Assembly: GCF_902713615.1 (NCBI RefSeq)
Contig: NC_052153.1
Location: 191,060,826 to 191,124,825 of the forward strand
Length of the DNA stretch: 64,000 bases
From: Scyliorhinus canicula
Lineage: Eukaryota
Direction: 5' to 3'
The position numbers and the translations under genes were made by a program. The notes beneath the pieces are model-generated. The model searched no databases. It worked only from the letters and a program-made list of their open reading frames with translations, and had not been told where the DNA came from. Shown piece by piece: positions 1-10,850 of this stretch. Position 1 is the first letter of the stretch. The number at the start of each line of letters is the position of its first letter.

Positions 1-5
1 CAAAA

Positions 6-329
6 TTGGGTATTGGCCTCACTGAAGGGGGAATTGTTAAAACAGTAGAGGTCTTAAAGAGGGAATGTCAAGAATATAAAGAATGTAAGAATGCTATTCC
101 TACCCCGGCGCCGGTCAGCAATGCGAAGCAAGGTTGGGAGGAGGGGGACGATGGGGATGAGGAACCTCTGTTCAATTGCGGGGGACGTCAGAAGCCCCCA
201 CAGCCTCCACAGCCCCCACAGCCCCCAAAGCCCCCACAGCCCCCAAAGCCTCCACAGCCCCCACAGCCTCCACAGCCTCCATGGCCACCTCCACCACCGC
301 CCCTGGAATGTGATCAGTATTATGAGTAA
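6..329 (+). pseudogene. ERV gag N-terminal fragment with PQP/PPP repeat
   Basis: 9-bp repeat ccacagcc(c/t) at about 196-290 encodes (PQP)n. It lies upstream of pol; no CA or NC follows. Confidence 0.55.
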
Positions 330-480
330 CTCAGTATGTTCAGAACTACATTGGTCTCAGAATAAACAGATAAAGAATTTGTGCTGGGCAGTTTCGAAAC
401 TGCTGCGTTGAAATTGACACTGCATGGCTCCGCAGGGTCCTAGTGCCCGCTGATCACAAACAGTCACTAGCAGAACCGCC

Positions 481-1351
481 TCAAGGAGGCACTCCTCCAG
501 GTCCCTGCCCTTGGTCGACCCTTATATGATCGCCCTTTTCAGCTCTATTGCACAGTCCTTGCCGACTGCGACACAGCTGTCCTGACCCAACGCCACGGCG
601 ACCGCTGTCGCCCGGTTGCATACTACTCCTCTAAACTCGATCCGGTAGCCCTTGGCTATCCTATCTGTACCCAAATTCTTGCAGCTATCTACCACAGCCT
701 GCAATCGGCTGCTAATATTACCCTCCAACAAGATATCACTGTCTATAGTTCCCATTCTGTTACGGCCCTTTTGGGACAGCTACAGACTCAGCATCTCACG
801 ATGGCTCATCAGAATAGATATGAGATTGCTCTCCTTAATAACCCGAAGGTCCGGTTTGCCCACTGCACCACTATCAACCCTGCTAACTTTTTGACGCATC
901 CTCCCACAGACATGCTCGACCCAACTCATGACTGTCTGCAACTGTTGCAGGAAGTCTCCTCGGTTCGAGACGACCTCTCCGATATACCCCTCCCAAGTGC
1001 AGATTGTTCCTTTTTCACCGATGGAAGTTCTTCCGTCGGCGAAAGGGGGGATAGACAATCTGGCTATGCAATCATCGATCAAGACGGTGATGGAAAAACA
1101 GAGGATTTCTAACCTCCGCTGGTACACCCATCTCACACCAGCAGTTACTAACACAGTTATTGCAGGCCCTTATGCTCCCAGACAAGATAGCGGTGATAAA
1201 ATGCGCAGCGCATACAAAAGGCACGGGACTGGTGGAAACGGGCAACAGGAGAGCGGACGAGAAGGCAAAAGAAATTTCTAAATCTGGCAAACTAATGGTG
1301 CCTAGAATGATGAGGCAGACTAAAACCCCCCCCGGAAAAGTCTCCCTCTGA
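481..1351 (+). pseudogene. ERV pol remnant: RT connection domain and RNase H, frameshifted
   Basis: Frame from 481 reads LKEALLQVPALG..RPVAYYSSKLDPVALG, then FFTDGSS and VIKCAAHTKG..GNRRADEKAK. Frame breaks near 1110-1160 and in the C run at about 1326-1333. Confidence 0.9.
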
Positions 1352-1358
1352 AAAACCT

Positions 1359-2501
1359 ATGCCAACCATTGCTGACATAATCCAAATGCAGGAGGACGCT
1401 CCTGCAACTGCTGTAAATATGTGGAAAAACTTAGGATGTATATATGATATCGAAAATAAGCTGTGGGTCACCCCGGTAGGACAAACATGTATGACCGATG
1501 CATTAGCAGCCTGGGTGACCGAATGTGTACACTTTGCAACTCACTGTGGAGCTCGTGCCACAGGGGACATATTGTTAAAAAGCTGGTGGCACCCACGACT
1601 GCAAGAAATGGCCCAACAAATTAGCAGTCGGTGCCTAATCTGTCAACAGCACAACCCCGGTAAGGCCGTCCCCTGTGATCCTGGCACAACCCCCTTACCT
1701 GAGGATCCATTTGAGACCCTACAAATGGATTACATTGAGTTGGAAAGATGTCAATGCTATAAATATGTGTTAGTCATTGTGGACACTTTTAGCAAATGGA
1801 TCGAGGCCTACCCGACTACGGATAACAAGGCCTCGACAGTAGTTAAGGTGTTAATGCGAGAAATTGTTCCGCGATTTGGAATTCCAGCCCGGCTGAGCTC
1901 TGACAATGGTCCCCACTTCATAGGTCAAATCAATAAGGAATTCTGTGCTCTGCTTGGAATAAAGCAACAGTTTCATTGTGCCTACAGACCACAAGCCGCT
2001 GGAGTGGTGGAAAGGGCTAATCAGACTCTAAAGACTAAACTCGCTAAACTACAAGCAGACACTGGGGCCACTTGGCTCAAACTCCTGCCTTTAGCACTCT
2101 TCCAGCTACGTGCCACCCCCGCAGGAAAAACTCGCCTAAGCCCAGCGGAAATACTATATGGCAGACCCTTTCGAACGCCTTGGGACAGCAGTGTTCCACG
2201 GAATGTTCAATTCCATTACATGACTACCGAGATGGCTAATTATATATTAACACTAACTAGAATTTTGAAAGGATTACACTCCCGAGTTCGTGCCACCCAG
2301 GAAGAAGTCCCCTCCATTACTCATGACGTCTCCATCAACCCTGGGGATTATGTCCTAATTCGAAATTGGACACGTAAAGGTTTGGAACCTCGATGGGAGG
2401 GTCCCCTACAGGTTCTTCTCACTACCCCCACTGCAGTAAAAGTGGAGGGCCGGAACGCATGGGTACATATGCACCATTGTAAGTTAATTAAGTATCCATG
2501 A
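1359..2501 (+). CDS. ERV integrase (uninterrupted 380-aa reading frame)
   Basis: HHCC motif (HFATHCG..CLIC), D-D-E triad (QMDY, SSDNG, VERAN) and C-terminal RWEGP motif. Confidence 0.92.
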   Translation: MPTIADIIQMQEDAPATAVNMWKNLGCIYDIENKLWVTPVGQTCMTDALAAWVTECVHFATHCGARATGDILLKSWWHPRLQEMAQQISSRCLICQQHNPGKAVPCDPGTTPLPEDPFETLQMDYIELERCQCYKYVLVIVDTFSKWIEAYPTTDNKASTVVKVLMREIVPRFGIPARLSSDNGPHFIGQINKEFCALLGIKQQFHCAYRPQAAGVVERANQTLKTKLAKLQADTGATWLKLLPLALFQLRATPAGKTRLSPAEILYGRPFRTPWDSSVPRNVQFHYMTTEMANYILTLTRILKGLHSRVRATQEEVPSITHDVSINPGDYVLIRNWTRKGLEPRWEGPLQVLLTTPTAVKVEGRNAWVHMHHCKLIKYP

Positions 2502-2545
2502 TGTTCTAAACTTTTCCTTTAAGTCCTAGGAACACGAGTACCAGG

Positions 2546-3423
2546 ATGAGGCCCCTCTTCGCCGTCACAATACTCGCCACCCTGCTCTCTCTCGCTGCAT
2601 CCGAAAGAAGGAGATGCCTGTACGGAAGCCGACACCCACCCATGTGCCGGGAAGGAACCCCACGATGTGGAACAACGACAGATCTCCGATGGATCACCAC
2701 CGCTATCAGAAACTGCCCGACCCCCGTTCCTCCCGACGACCAGAAGCGCCGATTCCTGATTACGTACATGGTTCTAATGTACGATCGCCGCACATGCCGG
2801 TGGAACCACCGGTGCATTGATAAGGACAGGGTACAAATTTTACCATCAAGGACTACTCACCCCTACTCGCCTTCCAGAAGGAAGCGGGCAACGCACCATG
2901 TAACGGCGAATTCATTTCTGTTTATGTCCTATGTCTATGCTAAGAAAGTGGGTGTCTCCTCTTGCTGGGTATGTACACAGGTCCCGACCCATGCCCATGG
3001 AGGCGTTCCCTTGATATCTGTTCCTTTCTCGATCGAACAGACGGCTGCATGGGTTATATTCCAGACAGTTCAGAGAATATCACGCGTCTGGTAACCCATA
3101 TCAGAGATGGAGTACAGCGCTTGCGACTCGCCGGTCAGGCTGACTGGTGGAGCTGGATGTGGTCCAATTCTTGGGCCACTTACCTATTCCATGGGCTCAT
3201 TATCTTCGTTACCATCTGTTTGTTGCTCTGTATCATAGCTACTGGTGTGAAATGCCTATGCAACCGTTTGGGTGCCACTGCATTACCACAGATGCTTCAG
3301 AGATCCGCCCTAGACGAAAAAGAAAAACTGGTTCCACATACCCCTGACCTATATGAGGAAGTGGCATCCTGCCGGAGCCTAGTAGAGGAGGAGTACCTCC
3401 GCCTCGCTCTCATTTCCATCTAA
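2546..3423 (+). pseudogene. ERV env remnant: signal peptide and SU N-terminus joined out of frame to the TM C-terminus
   Basis: ORF 2546-3094 has a hydrophobic leader, RRKR and CWVC. ORF 2962-3423 has YIPDSSENIT, a membrane anchor and a cytoplasmic tail. Junction near 3045-3056. Confidence 0.85.
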
Positions 3424-3468
3424 AGTATCCTGAGTGTTATGTGATCAAGGAATGATCAAAGGGGGGAA

Positions 3469-4167
3469 TGTAGAAGTGGATTTCATTTGGAACTTCGCTG
3501 ATAGGGTTAATATAACAGTTCTGAAAAGCTCTGTGAAAGAGATGTCAACAGGTCAAGGGATGAAATAAAGGGAGTGTGTTCTGACCGGCATCTGTGAAAG
3601 CAGAGATGTCAGAAGGTTATGGGATGGAATAAAGGGAGTGTGGCTTTGGTACTATTTAATGTTCTGACCCGCATCTGTGAAAGCAGAGAGGTCAAAAAGT
3701 CAAAGAATGGAATGAATGGGAAGCTTACTTTATTGCAGAGATAACGCACTTAAGCTCGTTTGACCAGTTGAAACAAATAAACATTGAGATGTAAGAGGAA
3801 TGGGCTTTGGAATGAGATAAGCCAGATGGCCATGGGATACAAAAACCTTTGTATTAATATTAATAGTGACTTGTGCTAATGATTATGTCAAAAATAACCT
3901 CCCGACCTCGAAGAATAATTCCATATATGTACATGTTCTGGATCCTTGCCAAATCATAGGTGTATCTAGGAATTTAAGGGGACCACCCCTAAGCTGTAAA
4001 ATGTATAAAAATACAGTCCTTATTCTGGGATTTTGGCACTTCTCGAAGGTAGTTACCCGACTGCTTAGAGATTTGTCCCGGCCGTAAATAAACGAATATT
4101 CGTTACTGACGTGTTCGAGTGTTTTACTTCTGGACTGACGATCAGATACGTGAAAGCGCAATTCACA
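3469..4167 (+). mobile_element. ERV 3' LTR
   Basis: Follows the PPT; TG...CA ends (TGTAG..TTCACA); TATAAAA 4004-4010; AATAAA 4087-4092; three imperfect U3 repeats at about 3529-3720. Confidence 0.85.
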
Positions 4168-4169
4168 AG

Positions 4170-5714
4170 AGGAGAGGGGAGGGGTAAATATATTATTTTC
4201 TCTCTTTTTACACTCTCTCCCATCCAAAGTAAGCCCACCTGAGAGGAGTTGCATAAAAGGGGGGGGGGGGGGGGGGAATAATAAATAAACAAATAAAATA
4301 AAGTGGGAAAGGAAAGAAGGGCAGAGAGGGGGGAAAAAAAGGGAAGAGACAACAAAAATAAATTTAAAAAATAAAAATAGGGTGCGGAAAAGGGGGGAAA
4401 AGAAAAACAAGGGGAGAAGAAAAGATGAAAGGGAAGAGGGAGGGAAAAATGCCAGAAGGGAGCCAAGGGAGAGGGGGCACCAGAAGTAGACGGGACAAGG
4501 GGCAAGCCAGCTCAGGCGAGCGAATCAGCGCACGAAGCGGCAGGACGGATGTATCGCTGCATCAAAAAGAGCCCAACAGACAGGTACCCTCTCCCCCGGG
4601 GCTAGAGGGGGGGCTGGGATTGGAAGGCAGCCTTTATCGAGGTGGTGAGGGAGCAGCTGCAGGCAATCAAGGCAGAGGGGAAAGCAGACGCAGAGGCCGC
4701 AGTACAGGCAACAGTGGCCAGGGCCATGTCAGGGGTACAGCAGGCTCTGACCAGATTGGAGGAGAAATTGGATGCCCAAGGGGAGAAACTGGAAGCACAG
4801 GAGGCGACTATTAAGGAGCTGGAGAAAGCAGCAACCGACATGAGCGACCGGGTCACGGCCCTGGAGAGGGAAGTGGCGAGACTGGGCGCAACACGGGAGC
4901 CTGAAGGGCAGGGTAGACGACCAGGAAAACCACTCGAGAAGGCAAAATGTCAAGATAGTGGGCCTGCCAGAGGGGATCGAGGGTAGAAACCCCACAGCAT
5001 ACGTGGCTGCGATGCTGGGCAACTTAGTGGGGAGGAAAGCTTTCTTCACCCCACCGGATTGGGACAGAGCACATCGGGCGCTGCGCCCGAAGCCCAAGGC
5101 AGGGGAACAACCGAGAGCAGCCATAGCCAAACTGCACCGGTACCAGGACAGGGAGACAATCCTGCGCTGGGCCAGGGAAAATAGAGCCTGCAAATGGGGA
5201 GGGCACGCCATCCGAATCTATGAGGATCTTGGGGCAGATATATCTAAGAGACGGGCTGAGTTCAACAAGGCGAAAGCAGCTCTCTACAGGAGCAGAGTGC
5301 GTTTTGGTATGCTGTACCCAGCAAAACTTTGGGTCACATACCAAAACAGGGAATATTTCTTTACAGCCCCCGCTGAGGCGAATAGGTTCGTCGAGGAGCA
5401 CGGGCTGGAAAACAACCGGGGGGGGTAGGGACGAGGGGCCCCTGGCAAGGGGAAACGGCACGCCGACGGGGGGGGGGGGGAGGGGCAAGGCAATGCCAGC
5501 CCCCCCACCCCGGCAGGAACACCCAGAACAAAAAACAAACCACCGCCCAAGGGACCGCTCTAGGTGGGAGGCCAGGCCCCAGCACGAGGGAACGAGTGTA
5601 TTGGAGAAGGGAGAGCAGGCGAGAGGGGTGCAGGGTAGGATGGGGGAAGAGCGGGCAGAAAACCGTAGAGGCCAGGCAGGGGAGAAGCGAGACAACAAGC
5701 GAGAAGCGCTGATT
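4170..5714 (+). mobile_element. L1-type LINE 5' fragment (5' region and ORF1p, frameshift near 4895), truncated at a SINE
   Basis: Coiled-coil ORF 4642-4986, then L1 ORF1 RRM/CTD motifs (RALRPKP..PRAAIAKL..IRIYEDL..FGMLYPAKLWVT) ending at 5428. Confidence 0.85.
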
Positions 5715-6084
5715 GGGCAGCACGGTAGCATGGGGGCAGCACGGTAGCATGGTGGTTAGCATAAATGCTTCACAGCTCCAGGGTCCCAGGTTCGATTCCC
5801 GGCTGGGTCACTGTCTGTGCGGAGTCTGCACGTCCTCCCCGTGTGTGCGTGGGTTTCCTCCGGGTGCTCCGGTTTCCTCCCACAGTCCAAAGATGTGCGG
5901 GTTAGGTGGATTGGCCATGCTAAATTGCCCGTAGTGTCCTAAAAAGTAAGGTTAAGGGGGGGGGGTTGTTGGGTTACGGGTATAGGGTGGATACGTGGGT
6001 TTGAGTAGGGTGATCATTGCTCGGCACAACATCGAGGGCCGAAGGGCCTGTTCTGTGCTGTACTGTTCTATGTTCTATGTTCTA
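5715..6084 (+). mobile_element. V-SINE (HE1-like) with CR1-type tail; head duplicated
   Basis: tRNA-like head gggcagcacggtagc..ggttcgattccc, V core (gggtttcctccgggtgctccggtttcctcccacagtccaaag), tail (ttctatg)n. Confidence 0.9.
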
Positions 6085-6217
6085 AGGCAGGCCAGCAGCA
6101 CGGTTCAATTCCCGTACCAGCCTCCCCGAACAGGCGCCGGAATGTGGCGACTAGGGGCTTTTCACAGTAACTTCATTAGTTACCAAGTTAAATAAGTGAT
6201 TTTAATTTTTCATTTCA
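6085..6217 (+). mobile_element. tRNA-derived SINE family B, 5'-truncated
   Basis: Matches the 3' part of the full copies at 12771 and 43685. Confidence 0.8.
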
Positions 6218-7478
6218 AACCTGCGCCTGTCTAAACTAACACCTTCTGCACTTCCGGGGTCCGTATCCTTCTATTCCCATCCTATTCATGTATTTGTCAA
6301 GATGCCCCTTGAATGTCACGATCGTCCCTGTTTCCACCACCTCCTCCGGCAGCGAGTTCCAGGCACCCACTACCCTCTGTGTAAAATACCTGCCTCGGAC
6401 ATCTCCTCTAAACCTTGCCCCTCACACCTTAAACCTAGTAATTGACCCCTCTACCCTGGGGAAAAGTCTCTGACTATCCACTCGGTTCAGGCCACTCAAT
6501 TTTGTAAAGCTCGAGCAAGTTGCCCCTCAACCTCCGTTGTTCCAGTGAAAACAATCTGAGTTTATCCAATCCCTCCTCACAACTAATGCTCTCCAGACCA
6601 GGTAACATCCTGATATACCTCTTCTGTAGCACGGTAGCATAGTGGTTAGCACAATTGCCACACAGCTCCAGGGTCCCGGCTTGGGTCACTGTCTGTGTGG
6701 AGTCTGCACATTCTCCCCGTGTCTGCGTGGGTTTCCTCCGGGTGCGTCAGTTTCCTCCCACAGTCCAAAGATGTGCAGGTTAGGTGGATTGGCCATGATA
6801 AATTGCCCTTAGTGTTCAGAATTGCCCTTAGTGTTGGGTGGGGTAACTGGGTTATGGGGTGGAGGTGTGGGTTTGGGTAAGGTGCTCTTTCCAAGAGCCG
6901 GTGCAGACTCGATGGGCCGAATGGCCTCCTTCTGCACTGTAAATTCTATGATTCTATGTATCCTCTCCAAAGCCTCCACATCTTCCTGGTAGTGTGGGAC
7001 CGGAATTGTTTGCATTATCCCAATTGTGGCCTAACTAATAATCTGTACAGCTGCAACATGACTTGCCAATTTTTATACTCAATGCCCCGGCTGATGAAGG
7101 CAATCATGCCATATGCCTTCTTGACCACCTTATCCATCTGCTTTGCCACTTTCAGCACCTGTGGACCTGTACACCCAGATCCCTCTGCCTGTCAATGCTC
7201 CAAAGGGTTTGGCCATTTGTTGTATAATTCCCACCTGTATTAGACCTTCCAAAATGCATTATCTCACATTTGTCCGGATTAAACTCCATCTGCCATCTCT
7301 CCGCCCAAGTCTCCAACTGATCTATATCCTGCTGTATCCTCTGACAGTTCTTATCTCTATCGGCAACTGCAACAACCTTTCTCTTGTCCATAACTTACTA
7401 ATCAGACCAACTATATTTTCCTCCAAATCATTTATACATACTACGAACAACAAAGATCCCAGCACTGATCTTTGCCGA
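6218..7478 (-). mobile_element. CR1 LINE 3' fragment (RT C-terminus), split by a V-SINE
   Basis: Minus-strand ORFs QQDIDQLETWAERWQMEFN and RMLPGLESISCEEGLDKLRLFSLEQRRLRG. Confidence 0.85.
6627..6957 (+). mobile_element. V-SINE (HE1-like)
   Basis: Head, V core and gggccgaatggcct..ttctatg tail. Confidence 0.9.
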
Positions 7479-7486
7479 TCCATAGT

Positions 7487-7575
7487 GGCCGCGTGGCCTA
7501 ATGGATACAGCGTCTAACTTCGGTGAATCGAGAAATGGCATCAGAAGATTGCAGGGTCGACTCCAGTCGCAGGCG
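7487..7575 (+). pseudogene. tRNA-Arg(TCG)-like gene with a 16-nt insert at the canonical 37/38 intron site; probably a pseudogene
   Basis: GGCCGCGTGGCCTAATGGATA..CTTCGG[tgaatcgagaaatggc]ATCAGAAGATTGCAGG.. gives 73+16 nt. Anticodon TCG at 7520-7522. T loop reads GGGTCGA and the acceptor stem has two mismatches. Confidence 0.8.
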
Positions 7576-7714
7576 TTTCATACAGAAATCTAGTGGAACT
7601 TCCTGAATGGTTTACAGCTTGCGGGAGTGTGGGCCTAGATAGAGTTCAATTTCAGAGGAGCTGAATGACCTCCTTGTACACTGTCGGGATTCTGCGAGTG
7701 AAAAATTGATTTTT

Positions 7715-8032
7715 ACTGTGGCACAGTGGTTAGCACTGCTGCCTCACACCACCAGGGTCCCAGGATCAATTCCAGCCTTGGGTCATTGTATTTGTGGAGT
7801 TTGCACTTTCTCTCCGTGTCTGTGTGGGCTTCTTCTGGGTGCTCCAGTTTCCTCCCACAGTCCAAATATGTGCGGGTTAGGTGGATTGGCCATGCTAAAT
7901 TGCCCTTTAGTGTCGAGGGATGTGCAGGTTACAGTACGGTGTCATGAAGATAAGGCAGGGTGGGCATGGGCAGAGTGCCCATTCGAAGGGTTGGGTACAG
8001 ACTCAATAAGCCAAATTGCATTGTAGGGATTC
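7715..8032 (+). mobile_element. V-SINE, diverged
   Basis: Recognisable head and V core with many substitutions. Confidence 0.8.
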
Positions 8033-8034
8033 AA

Positions 8035-8752
8035 TAATCACCACTAGTTATAGCCCTCCATTCAGAAAAGCACCCTTCCACTGCTGCCCTCTTGTCTTCT
8101 ATGGCCTAGCCAGTTCTGTATCCATCTTGCCAGCTCACCTCTGATCCGGTGTGACTTCACTTTCTGTACCAGTCTGCCATGAGGGGCCTTGACAAAGGCC
8201 TTACTGAAGTCCATGTAGCCAACATCCACTGCCCTACCCTCATCAATCATCTTCGTCACTTCCACTTTCTCACCCCAACCCAAAAAGATGTGCAGGGTGG
8301 GTGAATTGGCCACACTAAATTACCCCTTATTTGGAGAAAAGAATTGAGTACTCTAAATTTTAAAAAAAAACTTTAGTCACTTCCTCGAAAAACTCGGTCA
8401 AGTTAGTGAGACACAACCTCCCTATCACAAACCCATGCTGCCTCTCGCTAATATGTCGACTTGCTTCCAAATGGGAGGAAATCCTCAGCGGGATTCTCCG
8501 TTTTGCTGGGATTCTCCGTTTTGCCGGCGTCCAGGGGTTTCCCCGACAGCGTAGGGCTGCCCCACAATGGGAAACCCCATTGACCGGCCAGCGTAACGGA
8601 GAATCCTGCCGGCGGGTCGGTGCAGAAAGGTGGCGCGGCGGGGCGGAGAATCCCGCCCACAGCTCTTAAGAATCTTTTCCAATAATTTCCCTACCACTGA
8701 TGAAAGGCTCACCAGCCTGGATTTCCTGGATTCCTCCTTTCCAGGTTTTAAC
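8035..8752 (-). mobile_element. CR1 RT fragment with nested SINE piece and MITE
   Basis: ORF 8062-8313: DVGYMDFSKAFVKAPHGRLVQKV. Confidence 0.8.
8486..8659. mobile_element. MITE of the GGGCGGGATTCTCC-TIR family (PIF/Harbinger-like)
   Basis: cgggattctcc ... ggagaatcccgccc ends, same family as 28541 and 34459. Confidence 0.65.
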
Positions 8753-10059
8753 ACTGGGATTGATGCAGTAATGCGCCTGATGTTTTACTGGTGATTCAGT
8801 GATGGATGTGAAAAAACTTAGCAAATGCCCCAAAAGTTTTAAATTACCATTTATTCGACCATTTTATGTACAATATAATTAAACTATCTGAATAATATAT
8901 AGTGATTCCACAGTGACGTGTTGGACTGTGAAGAGAGACTCCGCTTTATGCATTGTTTGCTGCAAGGCCGTTTAATGACACCTTAAAACAGTGATTATTT
9001 CTTCCAATCTAGACTTTCACAAAAGATAAATAAGTAATGTTAAAGATGTATAAGTAATTAACCTTAGTCCACAAAGGGCTATCGGTATTGCTCTTTCCAA
9101 TAGACACTTCTTGTGTAGGGTGGGCGTGTGGGTACATCTCTATGAATGAACACAGCCAGAATAGGGATTGAACCCACACTTTGGTCAATATCCTGTATTA
9201 CCGACAGCCAACGGAACTAACTGTTCCCCAAACAGATCAATAAATAAATACTAATTAAGCTTCTTTCAGCTGAATCGCCAAATACAGATGCAACCTATTG
9301 GAAATATATTCTTCATTCCAATAGTCGCAAAGGGAGACAGATTCTATCAGTGCATTGTTATTACATAATCCATCCATTATTTTGCGACAATGATGGGGGG
9401 GGTGGCAAGATGGGTGGCTACACAGAGAGCAGAGGTATATGGACCAGCCACGGTCTGACTGGATGACAGGACAGGCTCAAGGAGCTGAATGGCCTAACTC
9501 CTGTTCCTCTAATGCACGTCCCTGGTGTGACGGGCATTCGATATCACTTCATCCAGGGGGAGCTGGAGGACAGAATGCTTCACCAGCAATGTGGGGCTTG
9601 TGTTGAGACCAGATGAGCCTGAGTGGGTATGAACCTGGCAACAGCCGGGAACGCAGGAACAGAAGGAACGCCATTCAGCCCCTCGCGCATTCAATCATAA
9701 CATGGCTGATCTCCTTTGCCCCAGACCCCTTGATCCCCTTACCCACCATAAACAAACACTGTCTTGGTAGTACAATTGTGTGCACCCGATTTCTGGCTAT
9801 GATCCTCCCTGGGAGATAGTCAGATTCAGTTAGAGACCGCGCCCATGTTACTTCTGGTTATTTCTAGAACCTGGAGCCAAGTCGAGACTCTGTGGTAAAT
9901 TCCGCTAAACCCATCGTGGTTCTCCTAGATAGACCTTGGCACTGGAGCAGGGTTTTATCCCACTTTTCTCAGTTAACTAAAAAAAAGACTAGACCTAGCG
10001 GATTGTCTGGTTCCAGCGATCCAGCAGCTTACTATTTCTCTATACTGAAAATCTCCGAA

Positions 10060-10330
10060 GGTTGGATAGTGGTGTAGTGGTTATGTTCCCGCACTAATAA
10101 TCCAGAGATCGACGTTCAAAGGCAAGTATCTGAATCCAGTTCAATCGAGAAATTAAAAGTTATCAGTGAAAGTGACTGCAAAGATGCCACATTGTAGTAA
10201 AAACCCAACTGGTTCTCGAATTTGCTTCACAAACGGGGATCAGCTTCCCAGGCTGCAATCCCATACCAACGTGGGTCATTCAAATGGTTCAGTCAGACAC
10301 TCAAATATATCATCAAATTGCCGTGAAAGG
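10060..10330 (+). mobile_element. Deu-domain SINE (SacSINE1-like), degenerate
   Basis: tRNA-like head followed by gtaaaaacccaactggttc, shared with the copy at 16690. Confidence 0.55.
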
Positions 10331-10372
10331 TCTTCAAAGGTTCGTGAAAGTGGCCCCCAACCATCATCACAA

Positions 10373-10481
10373 GCAATGGGGGAATCGATGTCAGCGATGG
10401 GGAATCTATGTCAGCAATGGGGAATCGATGTCAGCGATGGGGAATCGATGTCAGCAATGGGGAATCGATGTCAGCGATGGG
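10373..10481. repeat. 20-bp minisatellite, about 5.4 copies
   Basis: Unit gc(a/g)atggggaatcgatgtca, with a and g alternating between units. Confidence 0.95.
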
Positions 10482-10521
10482 CACGTCCCAAAACTGAAAT
10501 TTTTGAAAATGGAAATGAAAG

Positions 10522-10850
10522 GGTGGCACAGCAGCACAGTGGTTAGCACTGTTGCTTCACAGCGCCAGGGTCCCAGGTTCGATTCCCGGCTTGGGTCACT
10601 GTCTGTGCGGAGTCTGCACGTTCTCCCCGTGTCGGCGTGGGTTTCCTCCGGGTGCTCCGGTTTCCCCCCACAGTCCAAAGACGTGCAGGTTAGGTGGATT
10701 GGCCATGATAAATTACCCCTTAGTGTCCAAAAAGGTTGGGTGGGGTTGCTGGGTTACGGGGATAGGGTGGAGGCGCGGGCTTAAGTAGGGTGCTCTTTCA
10801 AAGGGCCGGTGCAGACTCAATGGGCTGAATGGCCTCCTTCTGCACTGGAA
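10522..10850 (+). mobile_element. V-SINE (HE1-like)
   Basis: Head, V core and CR1-type tail. Confidence 0.9.

Larger units (their letters stand above)
1..4167 (+). mobile_element. Endogenous retrovirus, class I (epsilon/gamma-like), internally deleted; 5' end outside the window
   Basis: Order is Pro-rich gag fragment, RT connection/RNase H, integrase, env remnant, PPT (aaaggggggaa, about 3458-3468), then LTR starting TG at 3469. Confidence 0.93.

Noticed and set aside
3883-4505. Phe/Pro-rich minus-strand ORFs as membrane proteins
   Set aside because: They are translations of the purine-rich L1 5' region and the LTR; low complexity.
5713-5934. Recurrent 60-100 aa ORFs containing HCLCGVCT..RGFPPGAPVSSH as a zinc-binding protein family
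   Set aside because: These are translations of the V-SINE core, repeated wherever the SINE occurs.
10373-10481. Regularly spaced repeats as a CRISPR array
   Set aside because: Units are contiguous with no unique spacers, no cas genes are present, and the context is vertebrate.
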